Source of the DNA: an uncultured Acidobacteriota bacterium
GTDB taxonomy: Bacteria > Acidobacteriota > Vicinamibacteria > Vicinamibacterales > SCN-69-37
Direction of reading: 5' to 3'
Assembly (NCBI GenBank): GCA_963724955.1
Contig: CAVRWQ010000007.1
Span: 241,505 to 305,504 of the forward strand
Length of the DNA: 64,000 bases
In this document: positions 8,404-19,865 of the stretch, one piece after another
Position numbering within the stretch: the first letter of the stretch is position 1
How the letters are laid out: every line of letters starts with the position of its first letter
Made by a program: the position numbers and the translations under genes
The notes under the pieces: generated by a model
Told to the model about the DNA's origin: nothing
The model's database searches: none
The model's input: the letters and a program-made list of their open reading frames with translations, nothing else

Positions 8404-11400
8404 ATGCATCAGGCTCCCGCGCATGCGCCGCGCGGCGACGCCGAGGTCCCCTCCGCGATGGCTGGTCGGCGCGCTGGCGCTCGCTGCCGCCGGCGCGGTC
8501 GTGCGCGCACAGTCAACGCCTGCCCGCACCGGCGAGAGCCCGGCAAGGACTACCGCGATCTCGTCCCGCTCGAAGCCGGGACCTACGGCGTCGAGCTGCG
8601 CGGCACTGATGACCCCGCGCGCGTCGAGGCGCGCGTCGGCCCGAACACCTCGCTCGCCGACAAGTTTCGAGCGGCACGCTTTCTCCCGAAGGCCACTCAG
8701 CCCTTCGTCGTGAAGTGGTCCGCGCGCGAGGTGAGTGTCAACGCGGGCGGGCAATCCGTCAACCATCGCGCCGCGTGGCAGACCGGCGATGCGGTGCGCA
8801 TCTCGGCGCGCGGCGACGCGCGCGTGACGATCGTCAAGGCCGGCGGCAGGCGTGTGGGCCAGACGATCGCCGGCCGTGCCGTCGCCGGGCACGCCGAGCG
8901 ATCTGATCCTCGCCGGCGCGCATCTCACCGGCAACTGGACGCTCGAAGGCACGATCGACTGGCCGGACGAGCCGGGCCCGGACGACGCGGTGTTCGTGAC
9001 CGCCGGCCGCCAGGATCCGGCGGCCCTGCCGCTCGATCGCAAGCGGCCGAACGTGTTCACGGGCGGGATCGCGGATCCGTTCGTGTTTTCCGCCGCCGGG
9101 CGGGATCCCCCGACGAGTCGTCGGCTGCGGTCCCGGCGGTGACGCTGAGCTGGACGGGCAACGCAGCTGGTCAGGATTCGAGGAAGTGGAGCGTCGCGGC
9201 GAACTGGGATCCAGCAGCGCGTGCCGGTAGCAGGCGACGTCGTGGAGTTCCCGACAGTGGCTCCAAGGAAAAGGCGCCAATCAACGATCTCGCGAGCGAT
9301 CCGGCGCTCGGCGGCATCATCGTCTCGGACCGCTCGTACGAGCTCACCGGAAAAGGCTTGAAGCTCGCGCCAAACAGCTCGTCGCGGATCGAGGAAGACT
9401 TCAGGGTCGACAGCCTCGAGGGCGGCGGGACGATCGAGCTCAACGGCGAGACCGTTCTCACCGTCGGACCGAGGGGCGGCGACCCCCTGAAACCCTCCAC
9501 GACGTTCAGCGGCAATTGGATGGCAGCAATGGCGGAACTCGTCAAAGACGGATTGGGCGAACTGATCTTCGCGGGCGACGCCAGCCTCATCGAGCCAGAC
9601 GACCGTTGAAGCCGGGTCCTTCGCACATTGCGAATGGCGGCAAGAGTGAGTGCTCTCACTGTGGAGAATCGCGGTGGCACCTTCGGCGGCCTCCCAGGCA
9701 CGGCCGAGAGCGGCAACTTCGAGATCGACAACGCCATCTACGAGCAGACGATCGGCCCGGGAGGAACCGCGACAACTGCTCAGAGTCACCGGAGACGTCA
9801 GGATCAGCGACAACGGCACCACGACACTGAAACTGGATGTGGCCGCCGGGTACATGCCGCCGCCTGGAACGACGATCATCATGATCCAGAACGACGGCAC
9901 CGACGTGTCGGCGGGCGCACTCCAAATGACTATCTTCCGGGATCGGCGAACAACGCACGGCTGAACGAAGGTGACACCTTCACCGCGGACGGCGTGACGT
10001 TCCGGATCAGCTACAAGTGCAATGCGGAGAAGACGCCGGCCGGCCTGCGACGGCAGCGGCAATGACATCGGGTTGACTGCGATCCCGTCCGGGCCCGTGG
10101 CGCGTCCCGGATCTGACGATCGCGAAGACCCCGGCCACACAAACGATCGTGCAGGGCGGGACCGGCACGTTCACGCTGACCGTCACCAACATCGGCACGG
10201 CCGCGACGTCAGGGGCCGTGACGGTCACCGACACCCTTCCTGCGGGATTCACGGCCACAGCGGCGACGCCGGGCAACTGGAACTGCAATCTGGCGACAAT
10301 CCTGCCGTGCCCGTGTGCACGCGATCCGATGCGCTGCGCCTCCAAGCAGCCCGTATCCGGCGATCGTCCTCACCGTTCAAGCGGCAGCCAACGCCGCGAT
10401 CGGCACCAGGACCAACACGGCGACGGTCGCGAACTCCGGCGATACCAACGCGACGAACAACACGCGCCACCGCTGACGTCACCGTCACGGCGCTCGGCCG
10501 CCGCCCGTCGATCTCAGATCACGAAGACGGCCTCGCCGGCGACGTTCGAGCGCGGCGGCACCGGTCAATACACCATCGTCGTCAGTAATCCCGCAGGCGG
10601 CACGCCGAGCAGCGGCACCGTCACCGTCACGGACACCGATGCCCGCCGGAGCTGACGTTGACGAGCGTCACCGCTCCCGCCGGCTGGACCTGCAACAGCA
10701 CCAGTCCGTGACATGCACGCGACCCGGGCCCGATCGCCGCGGGCGCGTCGTTCACCGCGATCGTCCTCAACGTCACCGTCTCGGCCACGACGACCGCGAC
10801 GAGCGTGACCAACACGGCGAATCTCTCCGGCGGCGGCGATCCCAACGGCGCGAGCGGCATCAGTCACCACGCCGATCAACGGCGCCGATCTGCACGATCG
10901 ACAAAGCGCAGCCGACGGCACTTCGATCGCGGACAGACCGGGGCATGTTCACGCTGACGGTGACCAACATCGGCCCGGGCGCAACGCACGGAACCGTGAC
11001 CGTCACCGACACGCTCCTGCCGGGCCTCACGCCGACCGGTCCGACCGGCACGGAATGGCTGGACGTGCACGCTCGGTGGCCAGACGGTCACGTGCACCCG
11101 CGCCGATTCGATCGCCGCCGGGCTGTCCTATCCGGCGATCACGCTGACCGTCAACGTGGCACAGGACGCGTCGCCCGAACTGACCAACACGGCGACGGTC
11201 TCGGGCGGCGGCGACATCACGCCCGGAAACAACTCGGAGACGATCAACGTCGCGATTCGCACCGGCTCGCAAGCCGGTGCCGACGCTCAACATCACGAAG
11301 AACCACACGGGCACCGTCTCGCAGGGTGGCAGCGTCACGTTCACCATCGACGTCAGCAACATCTCGCTGGCGCCGACGACGCTGCCGCATCGTCGTGACC

Positions 11401-14400
11401 GATCCGCTGCCGTCGATTCTGGCGCCCACGGCCGCGGGAGGCGGCGGCTTTACGTGCACGATCGCGCAGACGGTGCACGTGCACCAGGACCGACAGCCTC
11501 GGCGCCGAACGCCCACGCGGTCATGACCATCACCGCCACGGTGTCGTCGTCAGCCGCCGGCGACTTCACCAACACGGCGACGGCGAGCGGCGGCGGCGAC
11601 CCCGACTCCGCAGAGCGCGTCGGACAGCTTCACGGTGACCGATCAGCGCCGAGCCGAACCTCACGATCGCGAAGACGCACAACGGCGAGTTCACGCCCGG
11701 CCAGACGAACGCCACCTTCAGCATCGTCGTCACGAATCAGGGAACCGTGCCGACATCCGGCACGGTGACGGTCGGCGACACGATCCCCGGCGGTCTCACG
11801 CCGACGTCGGCGTCCGGGCACGGCTGGTCGTGCGCGCATCCAGGGTCAGCGCGTCGAGTGCACGCGCCGGATGCGCTGGCGTCCGGATCGAGTTACAGCC
11901 CGCATCACCATCGTCGCGTCGGTTGCGCTCAACGCTCAATCCGGAGCGAACATCGCGACGGTCTCCGGCGGCGGCGACACCACGCCGACGGATTCGCCGC
12001 CCGACAACTACATCGTCCTGGGGACGCCGAGACTGGCGATCACCAAGTCTCACGAGGGCGATTTCTTCGTCGGCCAGCAGGGCGCGACGTACACCGTGTC
12101 GGTGAGCAACGTCGGCACCGGCGCCCACGTCCGGCGAAGTCATCGTCGAGGATCCCGTGCCGCAGCGGCATGACGCCGGTGTCGGCCAGCGGCTCCGGGT
12201 GGACGTGCGCGATCGAGGCGCAAACGGTCGAATGCCGTCGCAGCGACGCCCTCGCCCCGCAACAGGCGTATCCGGCGCTGACGATCACCGTCAACGTCGG
12301 GCCCGTTCCGCTGACGACGACCAACATCGCGACCGTCAGCGGCGGCGGCGACCCGCAGCCGAGCCCCTCGGCTCCGGACCCGACGACGATCCTGGGCCGG
12401 CCTCAGCTCACGATCATCAAGTCCCATCCCGACCCGGTCATTCAGGGAGAGCGCGGCCTGCCGTTCACTCTGCTCGTGTCGAACAACGGCACGGGACCGA
12501 CCTCGGGCACGGTCACCGTGACAGACACGTTGCCCGCCGGCCTGGCCCTGGTCGACGCCTCCGGCTCGGGCTGGAATTGTGTCATCGCGGCCGCGACGGT
12601 GACCTGTTCGCGAGCCGACGTCCTGGCTCAGGCAGCAGAGCTATCCCGCGATTCAGATTCGGGCGGACGTCGCGGCCGATGCGACCTCCACGGTGAACGA
12701 AGCGACCGTCAGCGGCGGCGGCGACACGACGCCGAATGACAACGTCGCGCGCGACCCTGTGCTCGATTTCGCCGGCGGGCCAGCCCAATCTCGTCCTGAC
12801 GAAGGAGCACGACGGCGACTTCACACAGGGCCAGCAGGGCGCCGCGTACCGCCTGCGCGTCGCCAACTCCGGCCAGGCGCCGAGCGCCGGGCTCGTCACC
12901 GTGACCGACAACCTCCCGGCGGGCCTGACGCCGACGTCCGCGTCCGGATCCGGCTGGGCGTGCGCGATCGCGTCGCAGACCGTCACCTGCACGCGCAGCG
13001 ATGCGCTCGCACCCGGCGGCGCGTTTCCCCTGATTGTGATTCTCGTGAACGTCGCCGCGAATGCGACCGATGTCGTCAACGTCGCGACGCTCGAGCGGAG
13101 GAGGCGACCAGACGACGGGAGACAACACCATCGACCGACGAGACGCACATCGTCGCGCGGGCGCCCGATCTGACCGTCGCCAAGCGGCACGCCGATCCGT
13201 TCATCTCGGGTCAGCAGGGCGCCTCGTATCAGATCACGGTCACGAACATCGGCACGGCGCCGACCGCCGGCGAGGTCGTCATCACCGATGCGGTGCCGGC
13301 CGGGCTGACGCCCGTCTCCGCAAGCGGCCAGGGGTGGTCGTGCGCCATCGCCGCACGAACGGTGACCTGCCGCCGAAGCGACAGCCTGGCGCCCGGCGCC
13401 TCGTTCCCGGACGTCACCCTGCTCGTCAACGTCGAGCCCAACGCGTCGAATCTGGTCAACGTCGTCTCGGTGAGCGGCGGCGGCGACACGACCCCGGGCA
13501 ACAACGTCGACGGCGACGACACCAGCATCAACGTGTCGCCCGATCCGACGATCTCGCTCAGCCGCTCGACGTCGCTCGTCGTCGCTGGACACCGCGGAGT
13601 ACCAGGCCGTCGTGACCAATCTCGGTCCCGGCCTGCTCGGCGGCCAGACCGATGTCGTGGCCGAGTTCCCGGCCGAGCTCGTGCCGCTCTCGGGGCTGGG
13701 CAACGGGTGGCAGTGCGCGACCGCCGGTCAGCGCATCCGCTGCAGCCGGCTCGGACCGCTCTCGCCGGACAGCGCCTTCTCGACGATTCAGTTCCGCGCG
13801 TTCGTGCGCCTGGGTCCCACGTCCGATCACCGTGGCCGCGGCGGTGGCGAACGACGCCGACAGCAATCCCGACAACAACGTCGCGGTGAACACCAGTGAA
13901 AGCGTGCTGCCGGCGGCCAGTCTGACGATTGTCAAGAGAACGACGACGCCACGTGTCGAAATCGGCGGCGTCGCGGCCTACGAGATCGACGTGACGAACA
14001 CGGGCGAGGCGATCCTGCTCAATGCCGTCGTCCACGATCGTCTGCCTCGCGGGTTCGTGCTCGTCAGAGTCATCGACGGCGCTGCGATCGGCGACCGCGC
14101 ACGCGGCAGACGGCGCCGGCCGACGCCGGCGACGGCAACATCGAGTGGCCCATCGAGTCGCTCGCGCCGGGAGAGACGGTGACCCTCCTCTATCTGGCGA
14201 TCGTCGGCGCCGGCGCCCGCACCGGTCCGCAGGACAATCGCGCGACGGTCGACGCGACCGGTCCGTCGAACGCCACAGATCACCGCCGGTCCGGCGATCG
14301 CGACCGTCGAAGTCACGACCGAAGTCTTCACGATGCTGCAGGCGCTCGTCGGCCGCGTGTTCGAGGACGTCGACGGGAACGGCATGTTCGGCGACGGCGA

Positions 14401-17255
14401 TCGTCCGCTCGCCAATGCTCGCGTCATCACGTCCACCGGCCAGGCCGCGCTCACCGATCCGGCCGGGCTGTACAACATCCCGTCGCTCGGCGCCGGGACG
14501 GTCGCCGTCTCGCTCGACCGCGACACGGTGCCGGCCGGACTGACGCTCGTCGATGGCCCCGGCGGCCGATCGTGGACGCGTCTGCTGCGGACGCCGATTG
14601 GCGGCGGCGGGCTGCTGTCGCAGAACTTCCCGCTGCGGCGTCCCGCCGGCGTGGCGCCGGCCGCGGTGCCGGCTGCCCCGCCCGAACGCACCGGCACTGG
14701 CCTGCTTCCCGACGAGCCCGACGCCGGCGTCGTGCCGCCGCGACGGACCTACGAGAGCCGTCAGGGATCGAGCCTCCTGATCGCGCTCGGCGAGGTGTCG
14801 TTCGGCCGCGCGGCTCAGGAGTTCGAGCTCTTCGAGAAAGACGACGACGTGTGGGGGTACGGGAGCATCTTCTATCAGGGCGCGCTCGGCTCGCCGAAGA
14901 ACCGGCTCACGTTTGCCGCCGACAGCCGCCGCCGGCTGAACGGCACGACCGATCGCGATCGGCTCTTCGAGCTCGATCCGAACGACCGGCAGTATCCGCT
15001 GTTCGGCGACGCGTCGCTGCGCGAGGAGTTTGCGACGTCGAACAGCAAGGTCTTCGCGCGACTGGAACGCGGCGCCTCGTACGGGATGTGGGGCGACCTC
15101 ATCGGCGACCTGCCCTCGAGCGACCGCGACGGCGGCCGATGGTCGTCGTATCAGCGGCATCTGACCGGCGCCGAGTTCCGCCTGGCCGGCGCGAGCGGGA
15201 ATCACGTGACGATCCGCGGCGCCCAGCCGGAAACCGCCTACGCGCGCGAAGTCTTTGCCGGCGGTGTCGGTCGGCTGGCTCACGCTCCGCCATCCCGAGC
15301 TGCTGGCCGGCACCGAGACGGTCGCCATCGAAGTGCGGGACCGCCGCATGCCGGAGCGCGTGCTTTCGCGCGACGTCCTGCGTCGCGGCGTCGACTACCA
15401 GGTCGAGCCGGCGACGGGCACGGTGTACCTGCAGCGACACGTGTCCGGCCTCGATCCGCTGCTCAATCTCGTGCAGGTCGTGATCACGTACGAATACGAG
15501 AGCGCGGGCCTCGACCAGCTCGTGTTCGGCGGACGCGCGTCCGCCACGATGTCGGGGCTGCGGATCGGCGGAACGTTCTTCACCGAAGAGGGGCAGGACG
15601 ACAGCCGCTTCACGGTCGGCGGCTTCGATCTCGAGCAGCGGCTGCCGCGCAACGGGCGGCTGCGGTTCGAGGTCCCGTACAGCACCGGCACGCCGGCGGT
15701 CGAGTCCAGCGTCGATTCACGACCGGTGGATTCCGAATGTGCGGGCGGACGGCTTCGCCGTGCAGGCCGAAGTCGAGCAGCCGTTCGCCTTCTGGAACGG
15801 CGTGGCGCGCGGCGCCTATCTCCAGGCCGACAACGACTTCCGCAACCCGTTCAGCGCGACGATCACCCCGGGCGCAACATACGCGGCCGGTTCGGCCGAG
15901 CTGTCTCCGTTCACGAGCTCCCGTCTCCGCTTCGGCGGCACGTACGAGCGCGACGACGCGCCGACGCCTGGACGCGCGCCGCATCGACCGTCTCCGGTGA
16001 ATGGGCGCAATCGGTCGGTCGGGGCGTGACGCTCAAGGGCGGCTACGACGGCGAGGAATCTCGATCGCAACGGCGTCGATCTCGAGTCGGGTCTCTTCAC
16101 CGGACAGGCGATCGTCAAGTTCGGCGACCGCTTCGAAGCGCGCGCCGGCCGCGAGCAGAACGTGCGCGACGACAAGGACCCGACCTATCCGGACCAGACG
16201 ACGCTCGGGGCACGGCTGAAGGTCGCGGAGGACACGTCGATCTTCTACACGCAGCGCATTTCGGACGAGGCGATCGTGCCGATCGGCGAGTTCGCGGCCA
16301 CGGGGTTCTCGCGAGCTCGCGACGAAGGGCGAGCTCAACATCGGCGTCGAGTCACAGGTGAAGGACGCGACGCAGCTGACGAGCGCCTACCGCGTCGAGC
16401 AGGGCGTCAACGGGCCCGACGCGTTCGCGCTCATCGGCGTGTTCACGCACATCAAGCTGGGCCGCACCGTCGGCACGAGCTTCGGCCTCGAGCGCGGTCA
16501 GCTCATCGCCGGCGAGGCCGACAGCTACACGAGCGGATCGTTCGCCGTCGACTGGCTGCCGTCCGATCGTTTCAAGGCGACGACGCGCTACGAGGGAAGG
16601 GACCGCGGCGGCTACAGCAGCCGGCTCAGCGCCGGCGTCGCGGCCCGGCTTCATGCCGGCGTCACGGGTCTCACGCGCGTGCAGTGGGCGCAGTCGGCTG
16701 AGAATACGGCAACCGCCGGCGACGCCGTCGGGCGTGCTGGCCGCGCTGGCCGTGCGCCCGGCGACGAACGACCGGCTCGGGTGGCTGCTGTCCTATCAGT
16801 ACGTCGATCGTGACGTGCCGCTTCAGACCGTCGCGCCCGGGCGCTCGTCGTCCGGCTGGCGTCATCTGTTCTCGACCGACGGCTACGCGCAGCCGCTGCA
16901 GTGGCTCGAGCTTCACGGCAAGTTCGCGTGGCAGCGATCGGAAGTGATCGATCTTCGAACGGACACGTATCTCTGGCAGGCACGCGGGCAGTTCGCGCTG
17001 TCACGATTCGTGGACGCCGCGATCGAGGAGCGGTACCTGTACCAGCCGGCGTCCAGCTCTCATCGGGAGGGCACCGCGATGGAGATCGGGTTCTGGCCTC
17101 TTGCGGATATTCGCATCGCGGTCGGCTACAACTTCCGCGACACGCGCGATCCGTTCGGCCGCGATCTGCAGGGCCGCGACAAGGGCGCGTACCTCACGCT
17201 CTCGACGAAGCTCTCGCGGCTGTTCGATCTGATCGGCAGCCGGCCGCCGAATTAG
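8404..17255 (+). CDS. Giant surface protein of ~2900 aa, frameshifted: signal peptide, autotransporter-like passenger, ~11 DUF11 repeats, SdrD-B-like domain and C-terminal outer-membrane barrel
   Basis: Continuous + strand fragments: WLVGALALAAAGAVVRAQ; WTG...WSVAANW; LVKDGLGELIF; repeats of DLTIxKxH...VTVTDTLPAGLT...GWxC...VTC; GRVFEDVDGNG; DPNDRQYPLFGD; IAVGYNF...YLTLSTKL. Confidence 0.8.
10105..14300 (+). repeat. About 11 tandem DUF11 (conserved repeat domain) units of ~375-400 bp
   Basis: Unit starts at approximately 10110, 10510, 10890, 11280, 11655, 12030, 12400, 12785, 13165, 13540 and 13915. Confidence 0.8.
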
Positions 17256-17282
17256 CAAGGACGAAGCGCGCCGGGTGCTGCG

Positions 17283-19705
17283 TCACTGCTTCGCCATCGC
17301 CACGCGAAGGCGTTCCTCGGGCGAGATCAGATGATTGTTGTCGTCGGCTGCGGTGCCCGGCGTCGAACTCGACCCAGTTCACCCGCCCGGTGAACTCGCT
17401 TCCGGCGCCTTGCGCGTAGTCGGGCGTCACCGGCGACCCGGCCTCGTGGCCCACGTCGCACGACTCTTCGCCGAACGCGAACGGTTCGGTTCGGGCAAGG
17501 CGGCCCTCGCCGGCTTTCTTGCCGTCCACAAAGAGCGAGACTGTGCCGCCCTTGGCAATGCCGCCGCCGTCGTACGCAAACTCCATGCGAACCTGACGTC
17601 GGCCAGGCGTGAGGTCGCTCGAACCCTCGACGTACGTCCGCTCGAGGCCAAAGAAGTTGTAACAGAACTTCGGCTTGCCGTTCTTCGCGTACAGACTCCA
17701 GCCGCCGGTCGTGCCGCCGACGGCGACGATGACGCCTTCCGCACCGGAGTCCGGCACCTCGATCTGGGCGGTGACCGCGTGCGACTTGTTCGCCATGTTC
17801 ACCATCGCCAGCGACGGCACCCGCGTCAGTCCGCCAAACACGAGTTGGCGATTCCCCGAGATCGAGCTCCGGGCGTCCCGCCATCTCCGAATCGCCGCGC
17901 TCGGCGAACCGGTCGTCGAGCGGCAGCACGTTGTATTTCACCGCTTCGATCAGCCAGAGCTGCTGCAGCTTGTGCAGGGTGTCGGGCTGTTCACTCGCCA
18001 GATCGCGCGCCTGGGACCAGTCTTTCGAGGTGTCGTACAGCTCCCAGACGTCGTCCTCGAAGGCGACGGTCTTGACCACGCCGGTGTCCCACGGCGTGCG
18101 GTGCTTGGTCACCGCCGTCCAGCCTTTGTGGTAGATGCCGCGGTTGCCGAACATCTCGAAGTACTGCGTTTCGTGGCGATCAGGAGCGGACGCCTCGTTG
18201 AACGAGTACGCCATGCTGACGCCCTCGATCGGTCGCTGCAGCACCCCGTTGACCATCGTCGGCTGCGGCAGTCCCGCCAGCTCGAGAATCGTCGGCGCCA
18301 CGTCGATCACGTGATGAAACTGGTGGCGGAGCTCATTCCTGCCTTTGATGCCCTTCGGCCAGTGGACGATGGTGCCGTTGCGCGTGCCGCCCCAGTGTGA
18401 CGCCACCTGCTTCGTCCATTGATACGGCGTGTCCATCGCATGCGCCCAGCCCACCGCGTAGTGGTTGTAGGCTTGCGGGCCGCCGAGCTCGTCGATGCGC
18501 GGGATCAGGCTGTCGGCGGTTTCCAGATGTCCGAACCCGCCGAGCGTCACCATCTCGTTGAACGTGCCCTGCAGCGAGCCCTCCGCCGAGGCGCCGTTGT
18601 CCCCGATGATCAGGTAGATCACGGTGTCGTCGAGGATCTCGAGATCGGTCAGCGCGTCGATCACGCGGCCGAGATGATGATCGGTCTGCTCCATGAACCC
18701 GGCGTAGACCTCCATCTGCCGGGTGAGCACGGGCTTCATCTTCGGATCGACGGCCTCCCAGGCCGGGATTTCCGCGTGGCGCTTGGTCAGCGCGCAGTCC
18801 CTGGGAATGACGCCGAGCGCTCTCTGGCGCATGAACGTCTCTTCACGCACGGCGTCCCAGCCCCGATCGAACTTCCCCTTGTACTTGTCAGCCCACTCCT
18901 TCGGCACGTGATGCGGCGCGTGAGTGGCGCCAGGCGCGTAGTAGACGAAGAACGGCTTGTCAGGAGTCAGCGACTTCTGCTGGCGGATCCAGCTGATGGC
19001 GTGGTCTGCGAGATCTTCGTTCAGCGTGTAGCCCTGCTCGGGCGTCCTCTTCGGCTCGACCCGCGTCGTGCCCTCGAACAAATTCGGGTAGTACTGATGC
19101 GTTTCGCCGCCGATGAAACCGTAGAAATACTGGAACCCTCCTCCGCCGGTGGGCCAGTGATCGAACGGTCCGACGGCGCTGCTTTCCCACACGGGCACTT
19201 CGTGACACTTGCCGAACTGCGCGGTGGAATAGCCGTTGAGCTTCAACGTCTCCGCGAGGGCCGCGCAGGTGTTCGGCTTCATGGAGTTCTGTCCCGGAGC
19301 GGACGTCGCGAACTCAGTGATCGCCCCCATCCCGACGGAATGATGGTTCCGCCCGCTCAGCAGCGCTGCGCGGGTCGGCGAGCACAGCGCGGTCGTGTGA
19401 AAGCGCGTGTACTTCAAGCCGCCGGCGGCCAGCTTCTCGAACGTGGGCGTCTGGCACGGTCCGCCGAATGCGGACGATGAGCCGAAGCCCGCATCGTCGA
19501 TCAGCACGACGAGGACGTTTGGCGCTCCTGGCGGCGGGCGCAGTTGGCGGATGGGCGGGTACCTGGTGTCCGGATCTCGCGCGTCGAATGTCGTGAGCGC
19601 GACCGGCGTCACATCCGGAATCGGCAGCATGTGGCGCGGGATCGTGTCGTGGCGGATCGCCTCATGGCTGCCTTTCGCCGGCTTTCCCTGGAATTTCCTC
19701 GTCAT
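17283..19705 (-). CDS. Arylsulfatase (frameshifted near the 3' end)
   Basis: LIDDAG, the CSPTRAALLSGR formylglycine motif, FGKCH and GDNG. The C-terminal LamG-like part is in other frames and ends ...RVAMAKQ*. Confidence 0.92.
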
Positions 19706-19865
19706 GGTGTGCGGCCCCTACCCGTGCCCTCGAGCCGTCATGGACTTTCAACCCACGTACCACGGCAAGAGCGGCACATGACGGTGGTTTCCGACTGATG
19801 GCGGACGGGACGAAGGCTCTCGGTCGTGAAGTCTCGCTGCGGGCCACGACCGGTCGTGGCTGCTC

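Noticed and set aside
8260-15349. Long minus-strand ORFs (8260..10140 and 13229..15349)
   Set aside because: Arg/Pro-rich shadow frames of the GC-rich adhesin gene with no recognisable motifs.
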